Assembly (NCBI GenBank): GCA_049285915.1
Contig: JBAQAW010000058.1
Span: 1,739-65,738 of the forward strand
Direction of reading: 5' to 3'
DNA length: 64,000 bases
Source of the DNA: Candidatus Cybelea sp.
GTDB lineage: Bacteria > Vulcanimicrobiota > Vulcanimicrobiia > Vulcanimicrobiales > Vulcanimicrobiaceae
The notes beneath the pieces are model-generated. The model made no database searches and was not told the origin of the DNA. It saw only the letters and a list, made by a program, of their open reading frames with translations. A program made the translations under genes and the position numbers. Numbering within the stretch: the first letter of the stretch is position 1; each line of letters begins with the position of its first letter. Shown here in pieces: positions 1-9,317 of the stretch.

Positions 1-1
1 G

Positions 2-790
2 AGCGCCGTCGCCGCGCCCGCGGAGGACCTGCTCTCCATCGATCGGCTGAGCGCGTATTACGGCGACCGGAAAGCCGTCGGAGATCTCTCGTTATCCTTT
101 CCCAACAACGCGATTACGGCATTGATCGGTCCGTCCGGGTGCGGGAAGACGACGCTGCTGCGGTGCCTCAATCGCATTCATGAAGTCAGCGCCGATGGGC
201 GCGTCGAGGGACGCGTGTTGCTCGACGGCACCGACATCTACGACGGCAGCGTCGATCCGATGGCGATTCGGCGGCGAATCGGCATGGTATTTCAGCGTCC
301 TAACCCGTTTCCGACGCTTTCGATCTTAGATAACACGCTCGCCTGTGCGGGCCGTCGCGGAATGCGGCGCGGCGAGAAGCTGGAGATCGCCGAACGCGCG
401 TTGCGTTCGGCGGCGCTCTGGGACGAAGTGAAGGACAAGCTGAAGTCGAGCCCGCTGAGGCTCTCCGGTGGACAGCAACAGCGGATGTGCATCGCACGCG
501 CGGTCGCCGCGCAGCCCGACGTTCTCTTGATGGACGAAGCGACGGCATCGCTCGATCCGATCGCGACGTCGGTGATCGAAGAACTGATGGCCAAGCTCTC
601 CGACTCGTTTACGATCGTTGCGGTTACTCACAACATGCAGCAGGCCGCGCGCGTCTCCGACGTTACCGCGTTCATATTGGCCGACGAGAGCGGGACGGGC
701 CGGCTCATCGAAGTCGACGAAACGAGCAAACTCTTCACCAAGCCGAGCAATCCGAAGACCGAAGATTACATCACCGGCCGCTTCGGCTAA
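2..790 (+). CDS. pstB: Phosphate ABC transporter ATP-binding protein PstB (5' end cut by window edge)
   Basis: Frame stays open back to nt 2 (SAVAAPAEDLLSIDRLSAYYGDRKAV). Walker A GPSGCGKTT, ABC signature LSGGQQQR, Walker B LLMDEATASLDP, H-loop VTHNMQQA, PstB-like C-terminus TEDYITGRFG. Confidence 0.9.
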   Translation, partial: SAVAAPAEDLLSIDRLSAYYGDRKAVGDLSLSFPNNAITALIGPSGCGKTTLLRCLNRIHEVSADGRVEGRVLLDGTDIYDGSVDPMAIRRRIGMVFQRPNPFPTLSILDNTLACAGRRGMRRGEKLEIAERALRSAALWDEVKDKLKSSPLRLSGGQQQRMCIARAVAAQPDVLLMDEATASLDPIATSVIEELMAKLSDSFTIVAVTHNMQQAARVSDVTAFILADESGTGRLIEVDETSKLFTKPSNPKTEDYITGRFG

Positions 791-877
791 GAGCGCCGTC
801 CGAGCCGATCTAAAAGGCTTAACGCAAAGCGTCCGGGAACCTCACGCATCCCCATTTTACCCCAAGGAGGAAACCTG

Positions 878-1846
878 TTGCGTAATAACGCTTTGCTATT
901 TCAGCGTGCGGCGGCGATATCCATATTTGGCGTCCTCGCCGCAGGCTGCTCGAGCGCCGGCATGCCGAGCGCAAGCTCAACGAGCGATTATCGCTCGATT
1001 GCGAACGGTCACGGCATACGCTCGCTTCGACCCCAGACAAAAGGGAGCGGTTGGATGTCTCCCGATGCCGGGAAGGGCAAGGGTCTGATCTACTGGGGCA
1101 ATTACGATACCAATACGATCACGATCTACTCGGCCAAAGGCGTCAACGGCAAGGAAGAAGGCCAAATCACGACGGGGCTTTCGAACCCCGAGCGTCTCTT
1201 CGTCGACGCAAAAGGCAGCGTCTATGCTACGAACATCGGCAACAATACGATCACCGCGTATAAGCCGGGGCAGACGACGCCGTTCTTAACGATCAGCAAC
1301 GGCGTGAACTCGCCGACCGGCCTCACCGTGGACGCGGCCGGCACGGTTTACTGCGCCAACGTCGGCAACGACACGATCACGGTCTATCCAAAAGGAGAGA
1401 CGTCTCCTTCGCTGACGATCCCGGCAACGAGCCCCGAGTACCTTGCGACGGATTCGCAAGATAATCTCTACGCCTCCGAGGGACCCGGCATAATCCAATA
1501 TGCTCCCGGGTCAACGACCGGGACGAATCTGGGCCTCCCTTCGTATCCGGGTGCGGTCGAAGTCGATAAAAAAGGCAATCTGATCGTGCTCTACGGTGCG
1601 GAAATCGAATACTTCCCGAAGGGCACGACTCAGCCGTCGAAAGAGATCCCCGTTACGGCCGGCAATCCGTTCGCGCTCTCGCTCAGCGGCCGCGAACACG
1701 CGCTATACGTAAGCGTAGAGGCCGGCACGCCGTTCGTCGTGCAAAAGGTCGCCTATCCGAACGGTACGTCATTGAGCAACAAACTCTCGACCAACGCGGG
1801 GCTTTGGCCGCTCGCGGTGAGTCCCGACGCCGCCTTAGGCAAATAG
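878..1846 (+). CDS. BP2: NHL-repeat beta-propeller lipoprotein
   Basis: TTG start 7 nt after AAGGAGG. Lipobox VLAAGC. Repeated blades such as SNPERLFVDAKGSVYATNIGNNTITAY and NSPTGLTVDAAGTVYCANVGNDTITVY. Confidence 0.75.
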   Translation: MRNNALLFQRAAAISIFGVLAAGCSSAGMPSASSTSDYRSIANGHGIRSLRPQTKGSGWMSPDAGKGKGLIYWGNYDTNTITIYSAKGVNGKEEGQITTGLSNPERLFVDAKGSVYATNIGNNTITAYKPGQTTPFLTISNGVNSPTGLTVDAAGTVYCANVGNDTITVYPKGETSPSLTIPATSPEYLATDSQDNLYASEGPGIIQYAPGSTTGTNLGLPSYPGAVEVDKKGNLIVLYGAEIEYFPKGTTQPSKEIPVTAGNPFALSLSGREHALYVSVEAGTPFVVQKVAYPNGTSLSNKLSTNAGLWPLAVSPDAALGK

Positions 1847-1931
1847 GAGAGCCCTGGCCGTCGGGTGTGGGCGGCGACCGAAAAAATAACCAGGGTCGCA
1901 TGATTCCCTGCAGAGATGGGGAAATAAATGA

Positions 1932-2309
1932 CCTGGGTCCCTGAGAAGGGGCAAGAGCGGAGCGGCTCGTGTTTCTGGAAGGTGCGCGACCTCGGACTTT
2001 TTCGCGGCAGCGGCGCTACTGACAGGATGCGGGGGTGGGCAAGCGCCGCTCGTGGCCGGGGCGCCGATTTGCCGGAGCCCCGGCCCTCTTTTACGGGCGA
2101 AAGAGTGGTAATTCCACGCATCGACGCCTGAGCCAAACGAAGGCATTCTTCGAGCAGACCTTTCTGCTTGAAGGAGCATTCGTATGGAACGCGGCCTGAA
2201 CCTGACGCCGGGCGGGGAGCCCGTCACGAGCCTCAATGGGACGCTCTACGGGACGACGGGCAATTCCGCCAAAAGCGGCTACGGCACCGTGTACGCCGTG
2301 CCGCAGTAG
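1932..2309 (+). pseudogene. Possible relic of a small lipoprotein gene with an LYGTT...GYGTVY repeat. The last 41 codons (2184..2309) form an intact mini-ORF behind a strong SD.
   Basis: One frame reads ...SDFFAAAALLTGCGGGQAPL... (lipobox, no canonical start), then a stop at 2109 and a stop at 2169. It continues after GAAGGAGC with MERGLNLTPGGEPVTSLNGTLYGTTGNSAKSGYGTVYAVPQ*. Confidence 0.3.
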
Positions 2310-2311
2310 CA

Positions 2312-5095
2312 TTAGCCTTCATCGGTCTGCGATCGCGCGAGCAGTTGCCCGAGCTGCAAACGCGATCGCAGCTTCAACTTTCTCAGCGCCGAAGAGACGT
2401 GTTTTTCGGCGGTACGAGGGCTGATGTGCAAGATCTGTGAGATATCTTCGTTCGAATGGCCGTTTGCTACCAGTCGCGCAGCCTCGAGCTCGCGCGACGA
2501 TAGCGACGATACCAGCGAAGCCGCGGCACCGGACGTCTCGATTTCTAAGCGCTGCAAATCGTGTCGCGATCCCAACGATCGATAGGTCTCCAGCGATCGC
2601 CGCCGCTCGCCGCCCAACTCGTAGGCGCGCGCTGCCAGCCACGGCCACCCGATCGCATCGAACTCTTGGGCGGCTCGAAGCGCGGCAGCGACGGTTTGCG
2701 CGGCGACGAAGCCGCGCTGTGCGGCGAAGGCGTCAAAAAGGTCCAAGGCCGCTTTGTTAACTCGGTCCGCCGGGCGCGCGGCCGCAACGACCAGCTGCTC
2801 GCGCATCGTAAGGGCGTCCGCGCGGCGGCCAAACTGGGCGGCAGCCAGATAGGCAAACAAGAACCGATGCGGCCCCGGCAAGGCCCGGGCGATCCGTTCG
2901 ATCCAGGCGGCGGCGGCGTCGTGCTCGCCGCGAATTCCAAGCGTCCACGAGTAAGGGCCGCCGAGAAGGCCGATCGCTACCTTCATCCCGCGTTCGATAC
3001 CGTAACGCAGAAACGATTCGGTGTCGTCGCGGCGCAGACGCGCTTCGTCGCCCGAACAGATTCCCAGCGCGAAGTTGGCGCTCTTGACGTGCACGAGGAT
3101 CGGGTAACTCTGCACCGTGACGTTGTCGACTTCGCGAAGCAGCGTCCCGGCAGTGGCGAAATCGCCGCGAAGGGTGTGCTCGAAGGCCGATGCTGCGGCG
3201 CGCATCGTCGTTTGCACCGATTGTGGCTCGCGCTTGGGCGGAGTCGCGGCGCGAAAGTGCTCGCGCGCGGCCGGTACGTCGCCGAGGCCGACGGCGTCGA
3301 GACCAATCTGGCAGTGCAGATGGCGAACCCAAGAGCCGCCGTCGTCAAGCTGGGCGGCCGCATCGAGCGCGCGCGCGCTGAAGCGGCGCCACATCTCAAG
3401 GTCACCACGCATCGCCGCAACGCGGAACCAATTCCACGATGCATGCATCGCTACGCGCGGATCGAGCATCGGCTCCGCAATCTCGTTGAGAAACTTCGCC
3501 GCCGAGTTATCGTCGAGTGCCGCAATGCAATGGAAGGCGAGCCTAGCACGAAATAAATCCAGCTTCTCGGGCGCCAGCGTTTCACTGAGCGTCGCGATCG
3601 CTTCCTGGCAGAGCGTCGTGGCCGCAAGCGCGTCGCCGCAGTTGTAGAGCTGCGCGACTAAGGCCGACGCATTCTCGGCGAAACCCTCGTGGTCGCCCTC
3701 TCTCCAGTAGAGGTCGCCGGCTCGCCGGAGCCGCTCGATGCCGGCATCCAGGTCGTTGATCGCGCCAAAGGCAACCCCGAGCTTATGCTCCAGTACCGCG
3801 GAGTCTGCGCGCACGGCAAGCGCGCGACCGTAGTAAAGAATCGCGTCGGCAAACGCGCCGATGGCGAAAGCGTTGTCGCCGGCCATCTCCTCATAGGCCG
3901 CCGCCCGCTGAAAATCGCCGGCTCCTTTCCAATGGTGAGCGAGTTCGATGCTAAACGCCTTCGGATTGGCCCGCGCCTCTAGTTCCGCGGCGATCGCTTC
4001 GTGCAGCGGGCGCACGCGCTCCGCCAGCAGCTCGCGGTAAAACACGGTCTGCGTGAGCCCGTGGCGGAAGGCGACGTCGCCGGGCGACGTCGACTCGTCG
4101 GAGAGCAGGCCGAGCGCCCGCGCTTGCTCTAGCGCACGCAGGACGACTTCTCGTTCGCCGCAGGAGAGCGCAACGAGCTGATTTATGGCAAACCGCTCGC
4201 CGAGCACGGCTGCGAGTGAGATGACGTCGCGGACGTCGCCCTGCAGCCGGGCCGCCCGCGCGAGAACGGCCGCGCGAATGGAGAGAGGCAGGTCCCTAGC
4301 ATTATTCGCACCGCCCATATCTTGCGCGCTTTTGGTGAGTTCTTCGGCGAAAAAAGCGTTGCCCTGGCTTCGCTTAACGATCTCGGAGATCGTCACCGTC
4401 GAGAGCGGTCGCGATCGATCGGCCACCTCGCCGATGAGTTCGCGAATCGCCCCTTCGTCGAGGGGCGGCAGCGACATCCCCGAAACGGCGCGCTTCGAAA
4501 GCAGTGCCGAAAACTCCGAAAGGTGAGGATGTCGCGATCCTACTTCCTCCGATCGATAGGTTGCGAGGAGAAGAATGCGCCGCCGTTCGAGCTGGTCCGC
4601 GAAATAACCCAGGAACGCCAGCGTCGAGCGGTCGGCCCAGTGAACGTCCTCGATCGTCAGGACCACGGCGCCGCGAAGGGCGCAGCGGGCAAAGGCGGCG
4701 TCGATCGAGTCGAAAAGCGAACCCTCGGGTATCCAGCTGGTCTTCGTTTCGAAATCGCGCTCGAACGCTAGCCGCTCGACGAGTGCGCGCGTCGCCGGGT
4801 CGGCAGCGGCGTTGCCCCTCCCCGCGAGCTGCCGGAGCAGATCGCGCAGCGGTGCAAGCGGAGTCTGCACGAACTCCACGCAGCGCGCAGAAGCCAGCAT
4901 CGTGCGACCGCTCGCAATATGCGCCGCGAAACGCCGGAGCAGTTCCGACTTGCCAATGCCCGCGTCGCCGCCGATCAATACGATGCCGCCGCGGCCCTCG
5001 GCCGCACGACGGCGATGCGCGGCAAGCTGCTCAAGCTCGCCTCGGCGGCCGATCAGTACATGACGAAATTCGGCGCCTGATACCTTGACGCTCAT
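2312..5095 (-). CDS. LAL-family regulator (N-terminal AAA+ ATPase, central TPR-like region, C-terminal LuxR HTH), copy 1
   Basis: P-loop GGDAGIGKSELLRRF, Walker B-like VLTIEDVHWAD, C-terminal LSSRELEAARLVANGHSNEDISQILHISPRTAEKHVSSALRKLKL. 927 aa. Confidence 0.85.
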   Translation of the reverse strand: MSVKVSGAEFRHVLIGRRGELEQLAAHRRRAAEGRGGIVLIGGDAGIGKSELLRRFAAHIASGRTMLASARCVEFVQTPLAPLRDLLRQLAGRGNAAADPATRALVERLAFERDFETKTSWIPEGSLFDSIDAAFARCALRGAVVLTIEDVHWADRSTLAFLGYFADQLERRRILLLATYRSEEVGSRHPHLSEFSALLSKRAVSGMSLPPLDEGAIRELIGEVADRSRPLSTVTISEIVKRSQGNAFFAEELTKSAQDMGGANNARDLPLSIRAAVLARAARLQGDVRDVISLAAVLGERFAINQLVALSCGEREVVLRALEQARALGLLSDESTSPGDVAFRHGLTQTVFYRELLAERVRPLHEAIAAELEARANPKAFSIELAHHWKGAGDFQRAAAYEEMAGDNAFAIGAFADAILYYGRALAVRADSAVLEHKLGVAFGAINDLDAGIERLRRAGDLYWREGDHEGFAENASALVAQLYNCGDALAATTLCQEAIATLSETLAPEKLDLFRARLAFHCIAALDDNSAAKFLNEIAEPMLDPRVAMHASWNWFRVAAMRGDLEMWRRFSARALDAAAQLDDGGSWVRHLHCQIGLDAVGLGDVPAAREHFRAATPPKREPQSVQTTMRAAASAFEHTLRGDFATAGTLLREVDNVTVQSYPILVHVKSANFALGICSGDEARLRRDDTESFLRYGIERGMKVAIGLLGGPYSWTLGIRGEHDAAAAWIERIARALPGPHRFLFAYLAAAQFGRRADALTMREQLVVAAARPADRVNKAALDLFDAFAAQRGFVAAQTVAAALRAAQEFDAIGWPWLAARAYELGGERRRSLETYRSLGSRHDLQRLEIETSGAAASLVSSLSSRELEAARLVANGHSNEDISQILHISPRTAEKHVSSALRKLKLRSRLQLGQLLARSQTDEG

Positions 5096-5205
5096 CTCTT
5101 TCCAAACGGCCTATTCGACCGAACCGTGGACCGACGCCTACGGCGCCCGGAGGGCGGGACGACCTTTCGCGTGAAAGCGAACTCTCCGATAAGGAGCAAG
5201 ATTAC

Positions 5206-6162
5206 GTGAGACGTCTCTTTCCAGCGACGGGGCTTGCCGTCGCCGCTCTGATCGTGGGCGGTTGCGCCGTCCCCTCAGGCCCCGCGGGGCTGCCTCCGGT
5301 GAGCGCGGGGCGCGAGGCCGGGCCGGCCCTGCCGAATGCCAAGGCAGGCGCGTTGCTGTACGTTTCCGATACCGAGACGAGCAACGTGTACGTCTATACG
5401 TATCCCGGCGGCGTGCTCAAACAGACGCTGGGCGGATTCATCGATCCGGGCGGCGAGTGCGTCGACGCAAAAGGGAACGTGTTCGTCACCAATACCGGCG
5501 GTTTGGATATCGTCGAGTACGCCCATGGCGCTTCGACCCCGGCGGCGACGCTCAACGACCCGGGATACTTTCCGTTCGGGTGTTCGGTCGACCCGACGAC
5601 GGGGAATCTCGCGGTCACGAACTTTTCGACCGCCAGCGGCAGCGGTTCGGGGAACGTGGTTATCTACGAACGCGCAAAGGGCAAGCCGAAGAAACGCTAC
5701 GGTGACGCAGCGATCGGCGGCATGCTGCTCTGCGGATACGACGACAAGGGCAACCTATTCGTCGACGGCTTGACGCAGGCGAGCACGACCGGTTTCGCCG
5801 AGCTGCCCAAGGGCGGCAAGAAGCTTGTCGACATCACGCTCGACCAAAACATCGTCGCCGCGGGCGGCGTGCAGTGGGACGGCAAGTACGTTGCCGTCGG
5901 CGACGAGGCATCCGACACGATCTACCGCTTCTCGATCAGCGGGAAGAAGGGGACGACTGCGGGCACCGCGGCTTTGAGCGGCGGGAGCGCGGTCGTGCAG
6001 TTTTGGATTGACGGCTCGAAGATCGTCGGGCCGAACTCCGGCCTGGGAACCGTCGGGATTTGGAAGTACCCCGCCGGCGGCGCGCCGACCAAAACGATCG
6101 GCGGACTCTACGTTCCGTTGGGGACGGTCGTAAGCAGAGCAAAAGGAGGCCAACGTGTTTGA
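5206..6162 (+). CDS. BP1: beta-propeller lipoprotein
   Basis: GTG start after AAGGAG. Lipobox LIVGGC. LYVSDTETSNVYVYTYPGG, ECVDAKGNVFVTN, IVEYAHG, GCSVDPTTGNLAVTN, C-terminal GIWKYPAGG. Alignable over its length with the other BP1 copies. Confidence 0.8.
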   Translation: MRRLFPATGLAVAALIVGGCAVPSGPAGLPPVSAGREAGPALPNAKAGALLYVSDTETSNVYVYTYPGGVLKQTLGGFIDPGGECVDAKGNVFVTNTGGLDIVEYAHGASTPAATLNDPGYFPFGCSVDPTTGNLAVTNFSTASGSGSGNVVIYERAKGKPKKRYGDAAIGGMLLCGYDDKGNLFVDGLTQASTTGFAELPKGGKKLVDITLDQNIVAAGGVQWDGKYVAVGDEASDTIYRFSISGKKGTTAGTAALSGGSAVVQFWIDGSKIVGPNSGLGTVGIWKYPAGGAPTKTIGGLYVPLGTVVSRAKGGQRV

Positions 6163-6895
6163 GGGCAGAGTAGCTTTGGTAACCGGCGGAGCGCGAGGCA
6201 TCGGTGCGGCGATCACCGAGATGCTGGCGACCAGCGGCGCCGCGGTCGCCGCGGGCTATAGCCGCGATCGAGAGGGCGCCGAGAAGTTTCGGAATCAGAT
6301 GCGAGAGAAGGGCGCCAAAGTATCGGTGCATCAGGGACGCGTCGATTCGGCCGATGACGTCAACCGCGTCATTAAAGAAGTCATGGACGAGCACGGGCGG
6401 ATCGACTACCTCGTCAACAACGCCGGCATCACCGTAGACAAGACGGTGCGCAAGATGAGCGTCGACGATTGGCGCCAGGTGCTCGACGTCAATCTCTCCG
6501 GGGCGTTTCAGATGACCAAAGGCGTGCTCGAGCACATGATCGAGCGCGGCTCTGGACGGATCGTCAACATCAGCTCGGTCATCGGCGAGACCGGCAACGT
6601 CGGACAAGCCAACTACGCGGCCTCGAAAGCGGGCCTGTTCGGCTTCACGAAGAGCTTGGCGCTCGAGATGGCGCAGCGCGGCATCACGGTCAACTGCGTC
6701 GCGCCGGGCTTCATCGGCACGGAGATGGTGGCGGCGATTCCCGAAGCCGCGCTCGCAAAAGTACTCGAGAAGATTCCACAGCGGCGCTTGGGGCGCCCCG
6801 AAGAGGTGGCGCGCGTCGTGAGATTCCTGTTGGAAGACGAGTCGAGCTACATCACCGGCGCCGTGTACTCGATCAATGGCGGATTGGACATGTAA
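6155..6895 (+). CDS. SDR, acetoacetyl-CoA reductase (PhaB)-like / 3-oxoacyl reductase
   Basis: TGGARGIG, NNAGIT.DKTVRKM, catalytic S...YAASKAG, PGFIGTEM, ends NGGLDM. Its start overlaps the preceding BP1 stop by 8 nt. Confidence 0.85.
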   Translation: MFEGRVALVTGGARGIGAAITEMLATSGAAVAAGYSRDREGAEKFRNQMREKGAKVSVHQGRVDSADDVNRVIKEVMDEHGRIDYLVNNAGITVDKTVRKMSVDDWRQVLDVNLSGAFQMTKGVLEHMIERGSGRIVNISSVIGETGNVGQANYAASKAGLFGFTKSLALEMAQRGITVNCVAPGFIGTEMVAAIPEAALAKVLEKIPQRRLGRPEEVARVVRFLLEDESSYITGAVYSINGGLDM

Positions 6896-6913
6896 GAAAG
6901 GAGACGCGACTGA

Positions 6914-7846
6914 ATGCGGGTTGCAGTCATTGCCACGATCTTCGTTGCGCTTGCCGGATGCGGCGCTCAAGAGGCAGCCCCTAATAATGCGGCGGTGCCG
7001 GCAGCGGGTGCTGCCGGCGCGCGCGGTCCGCACGCGCGAACGTGGATGCGTGCAAAGGCGAAATCTGCAGATCTCATCTACACTTCGGACTTCGAGGGGA
7101 ACGTCTACGTTTATACGCTCCCGGCGTTGACGTTCGTTGGAGAGCTGGCGGCGCTCGGTGCAAATACCGTTAACCTCTGCAGCGATGCGAAGGGGCACGT
7201 CTTCGTTCCGGTGCAAAACGGCGGCAGCGGCGAGGTACTCGAGTTCGAGCACGGGGGAACGACGCCGATCGCTTCGATCTCCGATACGTATGAGCCGCTG
7301 TCGTGCGCAGTCGACCCGTCCAGCGGAGACCTCGCGTTGGCAAACGAGGAGCCAGGTTACGCCGCGGACATCGCGATCTACCACGGCTTGAAGGAAACGC
7401 CGAAGTTTTTTCGCGACTCGGATATTGCCGGGTACTGAGAGTATATGACGATTGCGCGGATGCCGTTCCGGCAGGGAACGGCGCGCATCTATCGTCTGCA
7501 GACGACGGGATCTTCCGCAACGGTCGTGGGGACGACGAAACTTTCGAGCCCCACCAAGCGTTTCGACGGACAGACGGCGATCGCTGGAGAGATGGTCGTT
7601 CAGCCCTATTCTCGACGGACCGATCGACTCGGCATGTGGCCGTATCCTCAGGGCAAGGCGATGAGCGCATCCGTCGACGTCGGCGCGTACATCAACGGGG
7701 TTACGGTCAGCTTCGCCAAACACGATCGGCGCAGTAGGATTCATACGCCGGTCGCCGGAGGCCAAGCGCAGCCCACGCATCCGGCCACTAAAGGCGGCGG
7801 CGAGGCAGAGCGCGAGCGCACTCGGCCGTCCGGTGATCGAGCCTAA
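6914..7846 (+). pseudogene. BP1 paralog interrupted by an in-frame TGA (7436..7438) and shortened internally
   Basis: ORFs 6914..7438 and 7445..7846 share one frame. The N part has lipobox VALAGC and matches the BP1 N half (NVYVYTLP, SDAKGHVFV, EFEHGG, SCAVDPSSGDLALAN). The C part matches the BP1 C end (IYRLQTTGSSATVVGTTKL, GMWPYPQG). The stretch between the YDD-blade and IYR is far shorter than in intact copies. Confidence 0.55.
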
Positions 7847-7913
7847 TCGTTGTATCAGCGAGAGATGAAAAAAGCGTAAAGATAAGAACGTAGCTAGCGG
7901 GAGGGTGTGGGTT

Positions 7914-8927
7914 ATGCGTTCGAGATTACTCGGTCTTTTTGCGGTCGCTCTGCTTGCGGGGTGCGCCGCTCCCTTCGACGCGCCGCCGGTCGCGGGTAGC
8001 GCAATCGAATCGAGCGGTGCAGCGCCGAGGGTTTTCGCGACGCCGCTGCGGATGGCAGCGCCCCACGGGCCGCGAGCCAAGGGGTGGATGGCGCCCGAGG
8101 TCCGGTACGGCGAGTCGCTGATCTACCTCGCCGGCGGCGGCGGAGTGAGCGTCTATCGCGAGCGGGGGCACAATCCGCCGCAGGTGGGCAGCATCGTCGA
8201 TGGCGTTGACGGCGCGTGGGGCTTATGCGTCGACCGCGAAGGAAAGCTCTACGTCGCCAATCGCAGTGCGAACACCGTTACCGTCTATCCGTACGGTTCG
8301 GTCACGCCGGTGGCAACCTATTCGAGTAGCCTTAACGGCCCGATGTATCCGATCGTGGATCACGAGGGCAATCTCTTCGTTACGAATTCGGGCGACAGTC
8401 GCGTGGTCGAGTACCTCGCACATCAGGTGACGCCGCACGCCATACTTCATCCGCCCGGAACGGAATCGGACGGCGTGGCTTTCGATGCGGCCGGCAACTT
8501 GTACGTGACCTACCGCGATGGCCTCTACGCCGGCGGAATCGTGCGCTACGCGCCGGGGGCGACGAAGGGCGAGATTCTGCCGATCTCGCTCATACAGCCG
8601 CAGGGGCTCGTGATCTCGCACGCAGGGCAGATGCTCGCCGTGCAGACCGGCTACGCCGACGGCCTGTACATCTTTCCGCCGGGTCTTCCCAAGCACGGCC
8701 AGGAGTTCGGCCCTCCGCACGAGCTCAAGGTGTTTGCAACGCCGACGGAACTCGTTCTCAACACGGCCGAGCACAGGATCTTTCTCTCGACCTACGAGCC
8801 TATCTACGACACGCGCTACCCGTTGAAGAACGGCGATGGCGCGCTGTACCGGCTGCTCCACCGCAAGCTCACCTTTCGCTACTCAGGCGTCGAGGGGATG
8901 GCGCTGAGCAACGCACAGCGCTTCTAG
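7914..8927 (+). CDS. BP2: NHL-repeat beta-propeller lipoprotein
   Basis: ATG at 7914 about 8 nt after GGGAGGG (an in-frame GTG at 7905 is also possible). Lipobox ALLAGC. Blades GLCVDREGKLYVANRSANTVTVY, YPIVDHEGNLFVTNSGDSRVVEY, GVAFDAAGNLYVT. Confidence 0.75.
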   Translation: MRSRLLGLFAVALLAGCAAPFDAPPVAGSAIESSGAAPRVFATPLRMAAPHGPRAKGWMAPEVRYGESLIYLAGGGGVSVYRERGHNPPQVGSIVDGVDGAWGLCVDREGKLYVANRSANTVTVYPYGSVTPVATYSSSLNGPMYPIVDHEGNLFVTNSGDSRVVEYLAHQVTPHAILHPPGTESDGVAFDAAGNLYVTYRDGLYAGGIVRYAPGATKGEILPISLIQPQGLVISHAGQMLAVQTGYADGLYIFPPGLPKHGQEFGPPHELKVFATPTELVLNTAEHRIFLSTYEPIYDTRYPLKNGDGALYRLLHRKLTFRYSGVEGMALSNAQRF

Positions 8928-8930
8928 CGT

Positions 8931-9212
8931 CTAATACTTCGCGACGAGCCGCTGCGCGTACCATTGCGGCCACGGCTCGGAGCGATTCTGGCTGGCGTAT
9001 TGCTCGTCGAACTCCACGAGGTCGCGGGTAAGGTGGCTGCGCACGGGGCGGTGTCCGAGAAGCGCCGGCAGCTCCGAGTGAGCCAACAGCCAATCGGAAT
9101 AGAACGTTGCCCAGTCGTCGTCGTTTCCGTCCGTGTCGGCGAAGACCATGTGATGCACGTCACCGACTTGCGTCAGCAATGCGGCGATCTTCGTGGTTGC
9201 GTCGTCGTTCAT
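8931..9212 (-). CDS. Hypothetical small cytoplasmic protein
   Basis: ORF trimmed to MNDDATT because the upstream codons lie in the dispersed repeat. Ends ...EPWPQWYAQRLVAKY. No family recognised with confidence. Confidence 0.45.
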   Translation of the reverse strand: MNDDATTKIAALLTQVGDVHHMVFADTDGNDDDWATFYSDWLLAHSELPALLGHRPVRSHLTRDLVEFDEQYASQNRSEPWPQWYAQRLVAKY

Positions 9213-9221
9213 GGGCTCGTG

Positions 9222-9243
9222 CTTCGACAAGCTCAGCGCGACA
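9222..9243 (+). repeat. Dispersed intergenic repeat, short variant (CTTCGACAAGCTCAGCGCGACA)
   Basis: Matches the core of the elements at 10075, 14007, 25681, 36795 and 39769. Confidence 0.6.
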
Positions 9244-9317
9244 CCGGGCATAGCCGCTTTCAAAGCAACGTCGGCAAGCAGGAGGGGAACCGCATGTAAG
9301 TTGGGTAAATCTAGCGC

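Noticed and set aside
7436-7438. In-frame TGA read as selenocysteine or programmed readthrough
   Set aside because: I saw no SECIS-like hairpin immediately downstream. The equivalent position in paralogs is not Cys, and the gene also lacks an internal segment. Pseudogenisation is the simpler explanation.
5936-8080. 714-aa minus-strand ORF
   Set aside because: It is antisense to the well-supported phaB-like, BP1-pseudogene and BP2 genes. The sequence is Arg/Ala/Pro-rich and low-complexity, typical of shadow ORFs in GC-rich DNA, with no recognisable motifs.
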